Part shown: positions 29,153 through 41,968 of the stretch, in pieces
How positions within the stretch are numbered: the stretch's first letter is position 1
Layout: the number at the start of each line of letters is the position of its first letter
DNA from: Trichoplax adhaerens
Taxonomy: Eukaryota; Animalia; Placozoa
Direction: 5' to 3'
NCBI RefSeq assembly: GCF_000150275.1
Contig: NW_002060943.1
Span: 1,819,732 to 1,883,731 of the forward strand
Length of the DNA: 64,000 nt
Translations under genes and position numbers: made by a program
Notes under the pieces: model-generated
Told to the model about the DNA's origin: nothing
Seen by the model: only the letters and a program-made list of their open reading frames with translations
The model's database searches: none

Positions 29153-29689
29153 ATTGCTATTTTAATGGCGTTAAAGTTTCGCACCGCTACCAGAAAGTAG
29201 GAATCAGAATGAACAACGCTAATTAAAGCGAATCAACTCCTATCCTTGGTTGATTTTTCAATGTTGTCTCGGATAGGTTTCTACTGTTCAAGTCGATGTT
29301 ACTTTGTTTACTTTCCTTTTTTTGTAATCGATTGCAATAGAATACTACTGTGGTTAATTAATATAATACTCTAACTATTATAATAGCATGAAAGTGAACT
29401 TGGGATCAGTGACGATTCAAAATAAACAGCTTTTATCCATGCAAATGAAACTTTTTGGTGTTCTCGACAAACATGGATTATTGCCTTTGGTAGTCTTGTA
29501 TCGATCGAGCTGGATGTTCATTTGTCCTTTTCAGTACTTACTTTCAGTATTGGTGAGGTCGACGAAAAATTGAAAGCTGTTACATCACGCTAGCATTCGT
29601 CATAGGGTGGTAGTGCTAATTAGTCGATGTTGGTGCACTCTACTGAGTTTGTGTTTTACGTCATTCAACGGCTACTAATAATGTCTAAA

Positions 29690-30450
29690 GTAATGATAGT
29701 TTTTAAATTTGTATTAACGTAATAATTAATTAGTTTAATGCAAGGCGATTAAATAACCTATTGCTTAACCTACCATGTCATTGGTGCACTTTTATCGTGG
29801 CAACATAGGCCTATGCGTACGTATTACAGCGATGCAAAAGGTTGGGTTAGTTTAATAACTTACTTATTGATATATCTAATAAAATAAGGGTAGTTTTTGA
29901 ATTCGTATAACGAATAAGTAATGAATTGCAATATAGCTAAATAATTATACAATAATCTATTGCTTTAACCGATCATGTCATTGCTACACTTTCATCGTGA
30001 ATAATAATATACAGTAGGTCTACAGTAAGCGTTCGTATTATATCAACGCAAGAGGTTCAACTAGTTTAAGATACTTGCTAATGTATCTGAAGTAACGATA
30101 GTTTTTTAAATTTGGGTACCATAATAACCAATTGTAAGATAGTTGAAATATTTTATTCCTTAACCCGCCAAGCCATGTCACCGATGGATTTTTATCGTGA
30201 CTGATAACATAAGCCTTAGCGTAGTTATTGCTGTTAGAGGTTCGTCTAGTTAATGGCACTTGTCGATGTGCCTTGAGTCATGATAGTTTTGGAATCTGTA
30301 TACTGTGATAATAATTAATTGTAAGACAGCTAAATAATTTACCGCTTAATCTGCCATGTCATTGATGCACTTTCGTCATGACAACGTAAGCCTATCTGTA
30401 CGTACATCGATGCAAGAGGTTTGGCTAATTTAAGATACTCGTTGATGCAG
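29690..30450. repeat. Degenerate tandem array, ~4 copies, period ~200 bp
   Basis: The core catgtca..g...cactttt.atcgtg occurs at 29774, 29974, 30174 and 30355; gcaa.aggtt...tagtttaa also recurs. Confidence 0.8.
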
Positions 30451-31544
30451 TAAACTTATTTTTACACTATACTAGTATGCAGTATTACTATACTAGTTGT
30501 AAGTACACAATCAAGAATTAGAAGCTCCTTGAGTGTGCATAGAAAAAAAATAATTGTATTTTCAAAAACTGTATAACATTGTAACTATACCAACCCTAAT
30601 TTTAGTTTTTTAAAATATTATGTTAACTTAGCAGTATTGATTTCAAATCTAGCCAAATAGTTTTACACTAGATAAACTGTCTAGGAATCAATAAAGAATC
30701 TATTTATAGTATCTTTTCAATTTACCATCATAAGAAAATAAATTTGCATCTGTACTCTTGGGGTTATTAAGAAACAAGTGAAATACAAAAATGAATTACT
30801 GGGCATTCAATTCAAATATGCTTCATAAAGCATATTGATTAGCTTAGCCAATTCACAAACTCATATATATACCAATATTTGTTACAGAAAAATACTGATT
30901 TTATTCAATATAATTCAATTCGGCAAATGCTATCATTAAGAGAGAAATTGATAATGGCATTTTAACCGGATTAGGTCATTCATTTTCAAGTACATGATAA
31001 TCATATAAATTTAATTACAGCGTATAACATAGTGGAATATTAGTAAGCTAATAGCTAGGCTTCATAGTACAGTACAATAATTTCTGTTATAGTACCATAC
31101 ATACAGTACTGTACAAGGTTAACGAGCCCGATGTACCCTAGAATAGTAAAATCAACAAAAGAAATTGCAGTAGTAACGATTATCTTGATATTGGACTTTG
31201 AAATATGAACTACTAAATGCATCATTTAACAAGTAAAAAGCTTTAACAATATTCATAAATGTGGAAAGTATCCAATTTAGAAATATCTATGGACACAAAT
31301 ATCAACAATCTACAGATGTAGTGACGCCTAAATTCAAAGAGTGTTGGCGTTCAATTCAGGCTTACCTATACTCGTATATACAAGAAATACTAATCTGAAC
31401 AGAATAATGAAAAGGTGGTACTCTTTGCTTATAAACGCATATCATCATTAATGGAATAAAATAGTAACCTACAAATTTGTCCTGCCTTATCTGCACAATA
31501 AATGAATATTTTATCTCCATTAACCTAAGCTACGATCATATCCG

Positions 31545-32921
31545 TTAGATATGCAAAAGTTGCAAGGTATTAGGTAAATCTGGAGTTTGATTTTGTTGAG
31601 TAGATTGTATTGTCTCATTGTTATTTTTTTTTCTTTCGTCTCTTCGTTTCTGTCGGTCTTTTTTAGCCAATTCTTTCCTCCGACGATTGGATATGTATTT
31701 ATTAGGTTGCTGATGACTAGATGGTCTTCCTTTGATATTGCCTTTACTCCCTTTGGAAGATGATTGTTGTAGCTTTCCATTCGAATGATTATCCAGGGCG
31801 ACTTTATCTTCATTCTCTGCAACAGTATGGTGAAGATGATGCCCTGCAGTTTTTTGTGTGCTTTGGCCATCTTGACTGGTTAATTCCTCAATTTGAACAA
31901 TATAAGCAACAGTATTACTAATATTATATTCATGTTCTCGTAAGGCTTCCCTAACCAAGTTAATATCTGTACAATTGGATAAATGCATCACTTCTAATTC
32001 AATTTCATTTGGTTGATGGATGAAAGTATTACCCATAGAATTTGTAGCATCAGCATTCTTATTTAAGGCGCTAGTAGTCACTGTTGTCGTTATTTCATTT
32101 TTGTCTATGCACGTCTCAGAGTGAGTAGGACTGGCACCGATGGATGTCGTTGATGTTGTATCTTGAGCTGGTGTTGGATGAGAATGGGGGATAGAATCAG
32201 GATGACTGGCATCTTGGCTTCTAGGTTCAGTATTATTATGACATTTTCCTTCGGTTGCATCTTGTATCCCTTTCTGTTTCTTTTTCGTGGATTCATTGCA
32301 AGCAATTTTATCACTATCAGATTTGAGTTGAATTAACTTCACATCCGCTGCAGCATGAGGATGGTTGTCCTTAATTTTTCGAACAGACGAGTAATGCTCG
32401 AAATCATGGTAGGAAATATGGAGTTCACGACTACCAGTCTTTGTAGGCCCATCTATTCCTTCAATTTGCCAGCATGGTTTATTAAGTTGATGAATGACAA
32501 TGGTAAGGCGATGAATTCTAGCAAAAGCAACCAATGCATCATTGCCAGCAAAGGTCCCTTCTTGACCAAGCAATTGGATATGTTTATCAAAGGAGACATT
32601 ATCGATCATAAATGGTTCAAAATCGTTGCGATTTTGGATCATATATTGCACCACTTGTTGACGATAGTTGATATGATTGGATTCATGGCCTTCTAATTGA
32701 TCAGCCAAAGCTCGAAATAAGCAGTTTCCATCACCGGTGATTTGGCGTATTTTCAGTTGTATCCGACTCAGTTGTAACTTTAAGCTGTTTTCTTCACTCG
32801 ACGACTGCGTTTGTTCTTTCTGACGGCGTATTTCACGCCTGGCAGCTCGTTCATCTCTTTTTCGTTGTTGTTGAGCTAGTCTTTGCGATTTTTGTCCATT
32901 ACTATTCTGTTTTTTACCCAT
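31545..32921 (-). CDS. OTUD3: OTU deubiquitinase OTUD3-like (intronless CDS)
   Basis: Single ORF from the ATG at 32921 (MGKKQ...; the ORF track begins at an upstream TTG). OTU Cys box [18 protein letters not shown], His box [18 protein letters not shown]-like segment ([28 protein letters not shown]) and basic C-terminal coil. Confidence 0.93.
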   Translation of the reverse strand: MGKKQNSNGQKSQRLAQQQRKRDERAARREIRRQKEQTQSSSEENSLKLQLSRIQLKIRQITGDGNCLFRALADQLEGHESNHINYRQQVVQYMIQNRNDFEPFMIDNVSFDKHIQLLGQEGTFAGNDALVAFARIHRLTIVIHQLNKPCWQIEGIDGPTKTGSRELHISYHDFEHYSSVRKIKDNHPHAAADVKLIQLKSDSDKIACNESTKKKQKGIQDATEGKCHNNTEPRSQDASHPDSIPHSHPTPAQDTTSTTSIGASPTHSETCIDKNEITTTVTTSALNKNADATNSMGNTFIHQPNEIELEVMHLSNCTDINLVREALREHEYNISNTVAYIVQIEELTSQDGQSTQKTAGHHLHHTVAENEDKVALDNHSNGKLQQSSSKGSKGNIKGRPSSHQQPNKYISNRRRKELAKKDRQKRRDERKKNNNETIQSTQQNQTPDLPNTLQLLHI

Positions 32922-33979
32922 GACGTTCCTGCCAATACCATGCAAGCTTGGCTATTGCAAATTTGCAATGCTATTAACAACCTTGCATCCAATTGGCTTT
33001 AGATCCTTCATTCATTGGCAACATCAGAATCCAATCCAATCTTGACCGCTATGACAGATGACAGTTTGGTGCTCGATTATACCGTACAGTGTGCATAATA
33101 GACCTGATGATAGACCATGTCGTACCCTAAATAGCAACTCAAGACGAAGTCAAGATATTAAAAGCTTGATAGGAGCAAAGCTTTGGCCATGGCTACTCGC
33201 TATGGCGTTGCATCTTGATAAGGTTGATTGGGCGAAATGATTAAGAAACGGCGTTCGTTTGTAATCGAAATGACTGGATTGCTATAGTAATCCATAGTGG
33301 CGAAGGGTCGAAATGGGTTATTTTATAGTCGTGTCTAGGAGACAACCGACGATGGTGTTTTTGGCCGTGGTGAATCCTACAGTACCTACTTTACGGTATC
33401 CTAGTACTGTACTACAGTACCATGATTGTTTGTACTGTAGAGGTGTCATTTGATGCCCCCAGATTGCATTTTTTTCCTTTCGTTTTAACTGACAGGTTGG
33501 TGTCCTGGTAAAAGAAAGAGAGACGAGAAATGGATGGTTATTCGTCCGAGTTGTACTATAGTACTCCATGAACGGTACAGTACAAGTGTAGAGCAAGAAT
33601 AGCCATGGGAAGAAAAAGATGATGTAATCCATCCAGGACGAAATACTTTTGTAAATAGAGAAATGGATATTGTACTCTCTTGCGCCATTGATTTTCACAT
33701 TCACTGAGGCATGTATGAAGCTGCTGCCTGAACAGGTTCTGAGGTTGGTGGAATGTTCTAGAAACACGGTCCACAGCCAGCGCAATCCTTTTCGTTTCAG
33801 AGAAATCAACACTAATGTTTTGCGACATTTTGAGAACAAAATCCATCAAAATTGTTATGTGTGGGAAGAAGAAGCTCTCATAAGCATGCCTGTATCATTT
33901 ATTTTTGTGAAGTAAATGATTTGAATTCGTTTTTTCACGATTTATAGTGTACCGTTATTCTTGTAAAAATCGCCATTGT

Positions 33980-34425
33980 ACAGTACTACTGCTTGTGTAC
34001 AGAGTAGTACCGTGCTGCATGTCGTCGTTGGCAATGAATTACCAGCGTTGACCGTCAACACGGGTGACACGGTCTAGCGGACGTACTGTACCACTGCTTG
34101 TCGTCGTTGGCAATGAATCAGAAAGACAATGAATTACCAGCGTTGACCGTCAACACAGGTGACACGGTCTAGCGGACGTACAGTACAGTAGTACCGTACT
34201 GCATGTCGTCATTGGCAATGAATTACCTGGGTTGAACGTCAACACAGGTGACACCGTCTAGAGGACGTACTGTACCACTGATTGTGTACTGAGTAGTATC
34301 GTACTGCTTGTCGTCGTTGGCAATGAATCAGAAAGCCAATGAATGACCAGCGTTGACTGTCAACACGGGTGACACGGTCTAGCGGACGTACTGTACCACT
34401 GCTTGTATACTGAGTAGTACTGTTA
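33980..34425. repeat. Tandem repeat array (~4 modular copies, ~80-105 bp) directly upstream of the Bcl-2-like gene
   Basis: The module cgtcgttggcaatgaat(...)accagcgttgaccgtcaacac.ggtgacacggtctagcggacgtactgtaccactg recurs from ~34023, 34102, 34207 and 34312. Confidence 0.9.
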
Positions 34426-34454
34426 CTGGCTGGCTGGACCATGTAGAGTATTGG

Positions 34455-34461
34455 TATAAAA
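34455..34461 (+). promoter_or_regulatory. TATA box of the Bcl-2-like gene
   Basis: ggTATAAAAgc about 60 nt upstream of the ATG at 34516. Confidence 0.55.
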
Positions 34462-34515
34462 GCAGCCTGCAGCCTAGATAAATCTTCATTTTGCATACTA
34501 CTGCACAAACTAAGG

Positions 34516-37500
34516 ATGGCGCGAAATGAAGGTGACCATCGACTTCGCGATCGCTTCGGCAGCATTTTTACCAACTATCTAAGCGCAAGATTTCTCTTAA
34601 ATGACAACCAACAACGGGCAAGAGATGTAGCGCAGTTTCAAGGAGAGAATTACATTGAAGTCAACGGAGACGAGACCGATTTAGGCCGTGGACCTGCTGA
34701 TGTGGCACAATTACTCATTAACTTTGGAGATAATATAGAAGACCTTCGAAGTGTCACTCACGATTATATCGATCAAACATTGGTAATTAAGCTTAGAATA
34801 GACAAATTAATACAAGTGAAAAGTAATTGCCTTCGCTAATCGTTATCCCCTTGAAATGGATGAACAAGTGGAAAATGCTTGATCCATCCACTTTGTAGTA
34901 TTGCTACACTAGACGACATGCTACAAGTGGTCATGACTTGTTTACTGTTCAAAATGTCATCCTGCCCATCAAGGGGAATGGACTGGGCAGAATAATCCAT
35001 TCATGAATAGAAGTAAAAAGTAATTGCCTAAGCTAATTGCTATCCCTTTGAGAAGGATGGATAACTGGAAAATACTTGATCCATCTACCTTTTAGTATTG
35101 CTACCCTAGACGACATCAGACAAGATGTGATGAAATGTCCACTGCCGAAAAGGTCATCCTACCCATCAAGGCTTGAATATACTGTATATCCATCATTTCC
35201 TTCTTCAATTATACAATAGCATTGGGCAATCAGTAGTCATGAAATAGACAGCCGAGAGAGAGGTTGCTAAGAAATGTGTCAAGTGGAAAATGCTTGATCC
35301 ATAAACCTATGCTACTACTGTACTGTACAGTACTGATTACACCATCATCCTGGTCATGAAGGTAAGTGTGCTATTAGATCTGAGAAAGGTTCGGTTCAAC
35401 ACTTGATTATCGATCATTTCCTTCTTTAATCATACAGCAGTGTCGTTAAAAGTCAACCCGACTCCAGGGCGGGATTCGCCTGAAGAATTTCTGTAGTGAT
35501 GCAGTCTTTGGAAAGCGATTGCATTCATTTCGGGTTGCGTTTTCACTCCATTTAAGGACTCTATACGGTAGGGTGTGTTGGTCAAATATCCACTATAAAG
35601 AATTAGATTGAGGCATCCGAATTTCCTCCACTTCCCCCTCTTAAACCAGCCTTCGCCAGATTTTAGCTAAAGTAATTTCGAAAAAAATTTTATAGTCGAT
35701 AATTTGAAGAGTAACGCTAAATTATTATTCGTTCGGCGTAAAGTTTCGTTTTCAGCAATACTGTACAGTCTAGACTACAGTATGGTTGGACAATCTTGCC
35801 AAAGTCGTTTCTTAAAAGTGAAATTATTACACGTTGGGCATGCACGCTCAGTGACAAGTCAATTGTTTATTTTACTCCAGCTGACACGAGTTGTTTAGTC
35901 AAGTTAGCCAGTCCTACTGTTCACGGTTGTGTCTACTTCCCCTGCAATCAATATCATAATCATGGCATGACGATTTAAACCTTAAATATCCTCTGTATTG
36001 ACATGATGGTATCGAGATGATTTGGAGCCAACGTACATGTTACTATTTATCAAATTGCATTCCATAAAGTTCGTTCAGGCAATCGTGACTACTGTACAAT
36101 TTGAAATCCCTGCCATTCAGATAGTAGTTCCCATTTGCAAGATAAAAAAAGATGGCAACTTTGAAGAAATCATACTGTTTACTATCGCATTCAAGACATC
36201 CGTCAGTAAATGATCACTCGCGTCTTTAATTCAACAGGCAACGTAAAAACAAATCATGCTCCATCAACATGTATGTCCAACGTTGATCATATTGATTATT
36301 TTTGGCCCTTCAATAGGATTATATGGAGCACTGATGGTACTCCGTTTGCATTGAAAGGTGCCGCAGAGACAGTTTGATTCCCCAGTAAGTTAATTAGTCC
36401 CGCCATTAATCAACTCTGAGGAAATCACCCTGTAATATCCAGTAGTGCGTTAATTAAAGATGCCATTCCCATCATTTTTGTTCCTGCAGGCAACTTAAAA
36501 GAGCTGAGGCGTTTAGCGTTTTTACCTAGAAGGATTGTTGGACAGAAAACATAATGATAAAGTGCTTTAAATACTAAATTAGCTGTAAATCGATTCTTTG
36601 ATTGCAATAAATGGACGAGTAAATGAAAGTCTTTACCAGACTTTAAATGTACAGTACTTCAAGCACTCAAGGGTTTAGCTACGAATCGATTCTTTATTGC
36701 AACAAACTAATCTACGAAGTGATATTGCAGAGAATGTTTCATTTAATTAAGAATGTTGTTTACATTGCCGTTCTTTTCTAATTCGTAAGAATAGAGTGAA
36801 GGGCACGAAAATATACTACCAAGACTTAATAAAAAATTAGGCAGTTTAAGTTACTTCTGAATGAGAAATTAGCCCAAAGGATATGATTTCGATAGAACTG
36901 AAGACAGCAATTGCATTATTATTGCACTCAACCCAAATTTATTCAGTCCGTGTTTACTTTACTAAAGCACATATTCATATGATAAATGACTAGTAGTATT
37001 AATTAAAACATACCTTTTGAATTATCGTCTGTTATCTTTAAAATTGTAGCTTTCAAATCTAATAAACTGATACTATGCTGTATTATTATTATTATAATAT
37101 CAAAATTACGTTAATTAAATCAGCAAATATCTTCTATGTAACTATGTGCAAAATGAGATTAACTGATCTACGACTTGGATTAATATTGCATTATCAAAGC
37201 TTAGAAAATTTTGCAGATGTTAGTATCATGTTGACATCATTTTTCTTTCTATTTTTAAATATAGCATCTAAGTATTCAAGAAATTACCCAAAGATACCAA
37301 TGGATTGTTGATCATGTGCTTCATTCTAACCGAAATAATTCGTTTGGACGCCTAGTTGTACTATTCTATTTCGGGTATCAACTAGTTTGTCGTCGATGGG
37401 ATAATTTTGACTTCAAGCATCTTTTAAGAGAAGTTACAAAAACAATCATTCACATTGCCATAAACTATGTAATGGATAAATTCTGGGATGGAACCTGGGT

Positions 37501-37803
37501 AATAACAGACTATCTGCACATTATCCCTGATATCAGTAGCTACAATACTGCCATTACTCTTGCCATAGTGATAAATTCTTTGAATGATGACAATAATACC
37601 TAATTTGGGTAGAAGTGTTAACAATACTGTTAATATCACCTAACTTTGAATTTTTGGATTAATAACAGGATACCGTCTACGAGAACATAATGCAAATTCC
37701 GTTCGTCCAGAGCCAAATATCACCATTCCGAAGGAATTCTTTGATAGCAATAGCTCTTGTGTTCGGTTCAATTTTGGCGTTGAGTTTTATTCGACGTACC
37801 TAA
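34516..37803 (+). CDS. Divergent multi-BH-domain Bcl-2 family protein (Bax/Bak-like), ~211 aa, tail-anchored
   Basis: Exons 34516-34782, 37265-37498 and 37669-37803 (both introns phase 0, GT-AG). BH4-like IFTNYL, BH3 VAQLLINFGDNIE, BH1 NNSFGRLVVLFYFGYQL, BH2-like KFWDGTW|D with the family-typical intron after the Trp, and C-terminal TM SLIAIALVFGSILALSF-IRRT*. Confidence 0.85.
34819..35320. repeat. Degenerate tandem duplication in Bcl-2-like intron 1, period ~197 bp
   Basis: aaaagtaattgcct at 34819 and 35016; ctagacgacat at 34909 and 35106; partial third copy aagtggaaaatgcttgatccat at ~35281. Confidence 0.85.
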
Positions 37804-40800
37804 ATGATCGATTAATTAATACTAAAAGAATAGATTTATTATGTGAAAGGCTTAACTCGTAAAGGATAGATATAAACAGTACAGTTAACTCCAATATTTG
37901 ATACTGTACCTAAAGATGTGTAAGACAGTGTAATATTATATTCTAAGTTGATGATATATTTAGTAATGTCTACCGTAGATATTGTGTTCAACACGTGATA
38001 GATACTCTCTCCGGTTATTTTTGATTGCTATATATCATATTACAAAAAGTATTTCTAAGAGGATAATGTTCGTTAGTCAGCGATCTGATAGTTACTGAAC
38101 CTCTGTTAAATGAGCACATTATCGTAAACCGTCAGTAAAGCGACGGGAGTTTGCACTAGTCCTTTTGAAGAGGAGCCCTACAGTGCTCAAACTAGAGCTT
38201 CACATGAAAGGTGTAAACTATCCTGCATTAAGATACCAACACTGAAGTGTGTAATAAGTAAGGTGCTAAGACTGTAAACGCGAAAAAGTATATAAGCGGG
38301 TAGTTTGGTATAGTAAGATAGTTCTTTCTCGTTAGAGATCCTCAGCTAATCGATTACGTTGTACCTTCGTAAACGAGGTTTTGTTCAATAAATCTTAATT
38401 TTCTAAAGTTATGAAGATTCTTGATCTATTAACCTCACAAGATGATTCGGTTCGGTTTTGTCATTGCTAGTAAATGTCTATCTTATATCTATCTGCTAAT
38501 GCAAATACGACTTTTTCGGTCGCGTTATATGAAAGTTCTCTAAAAAATTCAATCAAATTGCAGAAGCGTATCTGTTCCTTTTTTTGAATTTATATGAAAT
38601 GACTTGTTCATTAACCATGATATATTTATTATCAAACATTTTTGATTTTGGTCTATAATCGCCCAGTAACTTAATGTTAATTTCTGTCATATATTGAAAA
38701 TCAGTAATTATAGTATCAGCAATACGGATATTATTTAAAGATCAATACATATTAAATACTACGTCCTTCTCTCTACTTTATATCTTTTTTGTCTAAACAT
38801 TATGATGTAAAGATTGTTTTTATGCCAACTTCTCCAGTATGGAGACAATCTTGTGGCTAAAACTTGCCGTATGAATTTACTTTTCAAATTTTTAATTTTA
38901 TAGTAAAGCGAGAGAATTTTGGTCATTAAAATTTTGTTTGTATCGATTAATGATCTTCAATATAAAAATACTTTAAAAATTTTATATTCCTTATTGGAAC
39001 ATTAGTGCACAGTCATGAACTTGAATAACTTGACGTGCGTGGTTTAACTTTGTAATAAAATTAAAATTGTATATCAAATCTCTATGATATTGTCAAATTT
39101 CGTATGGATACTACGCAAATGATAGTGGAGGAAAGCGCGAGATTGGTATGAACATGTATTGATGAATAGATTTTAATATAAGTATCAATGAAATTGCAAC
39201 TTTACTATGTGCCTCTTACTAGCATCCCTTTACTAGCAACCTCTGAGATATATGTTAGCATGCAAATTTTTTAAATAGTGGCAATTAATCTGCGCAATAT
39301 CTTGAGATAGAGCTGTATCAATATATTTGGAATAGTGCGTCGTATGTCAGTCGTCACTTTTACCTTATTCTTGTTAGAATAGACATCTCGGATTAAGTGA
39401 GTTAACCAAATTTTACATCTTGTAATCTATTGCATATTATTGCATATACGCGTAGACTGGGATACATTTTGATTTAACTAACAAGACTGATTACAAGGCA
39501 AAACAGATATACCGAATTCGAAACTGTTTTATTCATATCTAAATCCGTAATACTTGTTATCTAAGCTCTCTATCTATTTCCACATTATATATAATACTCT
39601 TCTAAGTTTATGCATCGAGATATTATGGTACTGTATTAGCAGAAGAGTTACCAAACTATCGCTTGTAATAAAATCTTAAGGTTGCGTGCTTATAGGATGC
39701 AGCAAATAGTTAGCCTTTGGCAATGAAATTTAATCATAACACAACTAAGTATATCTACGTGTATTACCATAGTATGAATATTCTATAAATTTTTCTACTT
39801 TATGAAAGAAAATTTATGTATAAAAGCCGATTTAGCCTTAAAATATTCCCACATCTCACTATACTAGCCGTTCTTGCGTACTTAATCATTAATTACAATT
39901 ACATAATTAATATATTGCGCTGTGTGTTTCCGTTGCAGATCTAAGTAATTTAGACTCAGTTCTCACTATACTTCGTTGAAGCCTGGCCAAAAAATATTTT
40001 GACTATTCTAAACTGCAGTTAATGCACAAAACACCCTCAGAAAATGGAACCAAGTGGCAAGAAAAGTTAATTATATGATTATGAATGAAAAAGAAAAGCT
40101 ATAGAAAATAATAGCGATAGTACCACTACTTATAGTGTTCAGATTAGATTAAAATAGCAGTAATTAACATTTAATTTTAAGCAATTCAGAATAATGACTG
40201 GCTAATTATTATCACGCACAGATAGCAATCCAACCCTTTTGTAACAGCATATTAGAGCTTTTTGTGGGTCTTGGAGTGTAGAATAGTGTTCGATATAATT
40301 TTAAATTCGATCCTAGATAATTAATAATCCCAATTTAGTCATCAAAAAGATTTGTATGTGTTTTAGGCTAGATATTTTTGGTATGATACTATCGTCATAG
40401 ATAGAATCTGTTTTTATTTGAAATTTTATTGCATAATCGGCATCCAGATCGAATTAAATATAGAATTAAATTAGTTATATACTACGAGTTGACTACCATG
40501 GTCGAGCTGTTATATATGATGTGTTAGAATGCTAATTATAAAATGCTGACTAAGCTACTAAACTAGCTTCTCAAGTGAGAATAGGATTTCTATATTTGTT
40601 GGCTATAACAGCTAAAGTAATGTTATCGTTGCTAAAGTAACAAGCAGAAACATACGTTTAGTCATGGCTATCTTAATCTAATTATTTTCAATATCTTTCG
40701 TTGTCACCATATGTCTATCATTAAAAGTCAATGCTTCCGTGATTGAAGCATATTTCAAAGATGTCGATTTACTACAATCTGTAAAAAACTACCTATTTGG

Positions 40801-41059
40801 ATAATAATTTATAACCATTACTGGACCTTGAAATTATTAATCATTGATTTAAAATTAAATCGATTAACCTTATGCCCCAAAGGGTAAAAGGACAAATTAG
40901 TAAGTAATAATAATAATTTGATATTGTACGAAATTGAAGAAAACTTTTATCAAGTAAAGTTAACATTATATTGCCCTAGCTATTTTATCTTGTTAAATCT
41001 TTAAGTACAAAATAACGAGTTGATTAGCTATTATTTTCATGTTGCTTTAATGAGCTAAT

Positions 41060-41968
41060 ATGTCTGCTTTCATTTCTATAACAGTTCCTAATAACGCACT
41101 ACTATGCCTGGTGATAGTGGTATCATTGATAATAGCTACACTATTCTTAAATTGCATACTACATAAAAGATGGAAATTAATCGTCAAGTTATTTTCCAAA
41201 TTTTGCCCTCGTGTAAAAGTTCGTAAGAAACGTTCTAGCAAGCTAGATGCTACTAAGGATAAGTCACCAAATAGTGATGATTATGATACTAGTGATCATC
41301 CGTCCGATAATGAAGATGATAAGGCTAATGAAAATAGCAAGTTAATCACTGGACCTGGCGATAATCGATCAATCGATCAAAGTAATCTTAGTTCTTCTCA
41401 CACACCACCACCTAGTAGGGTAGAAACTGCAAGTTTAAGCACATATATTCCAGGTGCTTCTCGTACCGGATCTTATGCCTTAAATAGTTATACACATAAA
41501 TTATCCAGTGAAGAAAATTTAGTTCATGTTGAGTTTAAAATTTCATATGAGGAAACCCTTACTCAACTTGTAGTGAAGATAGAAGATGCTGTAATTGACG
41601 ATGAGAAGCTTTTAAAAGGCTATGTTAGTGTTCATGGTGCACTGGTTGGAACTAAAACGAGGCGCTTTCAAACTAGAGCTAAACGTTCAAGTTCTAGTAT
41701 TATCTTCGATCAAATATTTGTTTTAACTAATGTTGAAATTTCAGACATTGAAACGTCTAAATTGCGCCTTCGTTTATATCATCTAGCTAGTAAGGCAGCA
41801 TTAATGCAAGCCAAAAAAATAGTTGCTGAAAATATTGTTGGCTTGCATCAATTAAAAGCTACAAATAATAATAACAATAATAACAACACTGATAATGAAG
41901 CTGATGAAACTCAGATTGAAGATCAGCCAAAGCCATTGGAAAAAGATGAAGCTGAAGTTGCAGAGTAA
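41060..41968 (+). CDS. Synaptotagmin-like protein: N-terminal TM, acidic linker, single C2 domain (intronless CDS)
   Basis: TM ALLCLVIVVSLIIATLFLNCIL followed by a basic stretch. C2-like fold VEFKISYEETLTQLVVKI...RRFQTRAKR...IIFDQIFVL...IETSKLRLRLY, resembling the Ca2+-independent synaptotagmin (SYT14/16-type) C2A domain. Confidence 0.7.
   Translation: MSAFISITVPNNALLCLVIVVSLIIATLFLNCILHKRWKLIVKLFSKFCPRVKVRKKRSSKLDATKDKSPNSDDYDTSDHPSDNEDDKANENSKLITGPGDNRSIDQSNLSSSHTPPPSRVETASLSTYIPGASRTGSYALNSYTHKLSSEENLVHVEFKISYEETLTQLVVKIEDAVIDDEKLLKGYVSVHGALVGTKTRRFQTRAKRSSSSIIFDQIFVLTNVEISDIETSKLRLRLYHLASKAALMQAKKIVAENIVGLHQLKATNNNNNNNNTDNEADETQIEDQPKPLEKDEAEVAE

Noticed and set aside
29008-29226. ORF with NLNGMLVNECSI repeats
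   Set aside because: Arises from the 36-bp tandem repeat; no other coding evidence.
33058-33915. Overlapping ORFs between OTUD3 and the Bcl-2-like gene
   Set aside because: No recognisable domain; more likely OTUD3 5' UTR or promoter.
33980-34425. CRISPR-like repeat/spacer appearance (also 46785-47115 and 53534-54309)
   Set aside because: No unique spacers, no cas genes and a eukaryotic intron-rich context; these are tandem repeats.
34905-34945. p53 response element in Bcl-2-like intron 1 (cgacatgcta...tgacttgttt)
   Set aside because: Half-sites mismatch RRRCWWGYYY, are widely spaced and are not preserved in the duplicated copy.
35950-36610. Possible Tc1/mariner transposase relic in Bcl-2-like intron 1 (minus strand LLGNQTVSA, APYNPIE)
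   Set aside because: Fragments are too short and stop-ridden to support by eye; a tBLASTn search would be needed.
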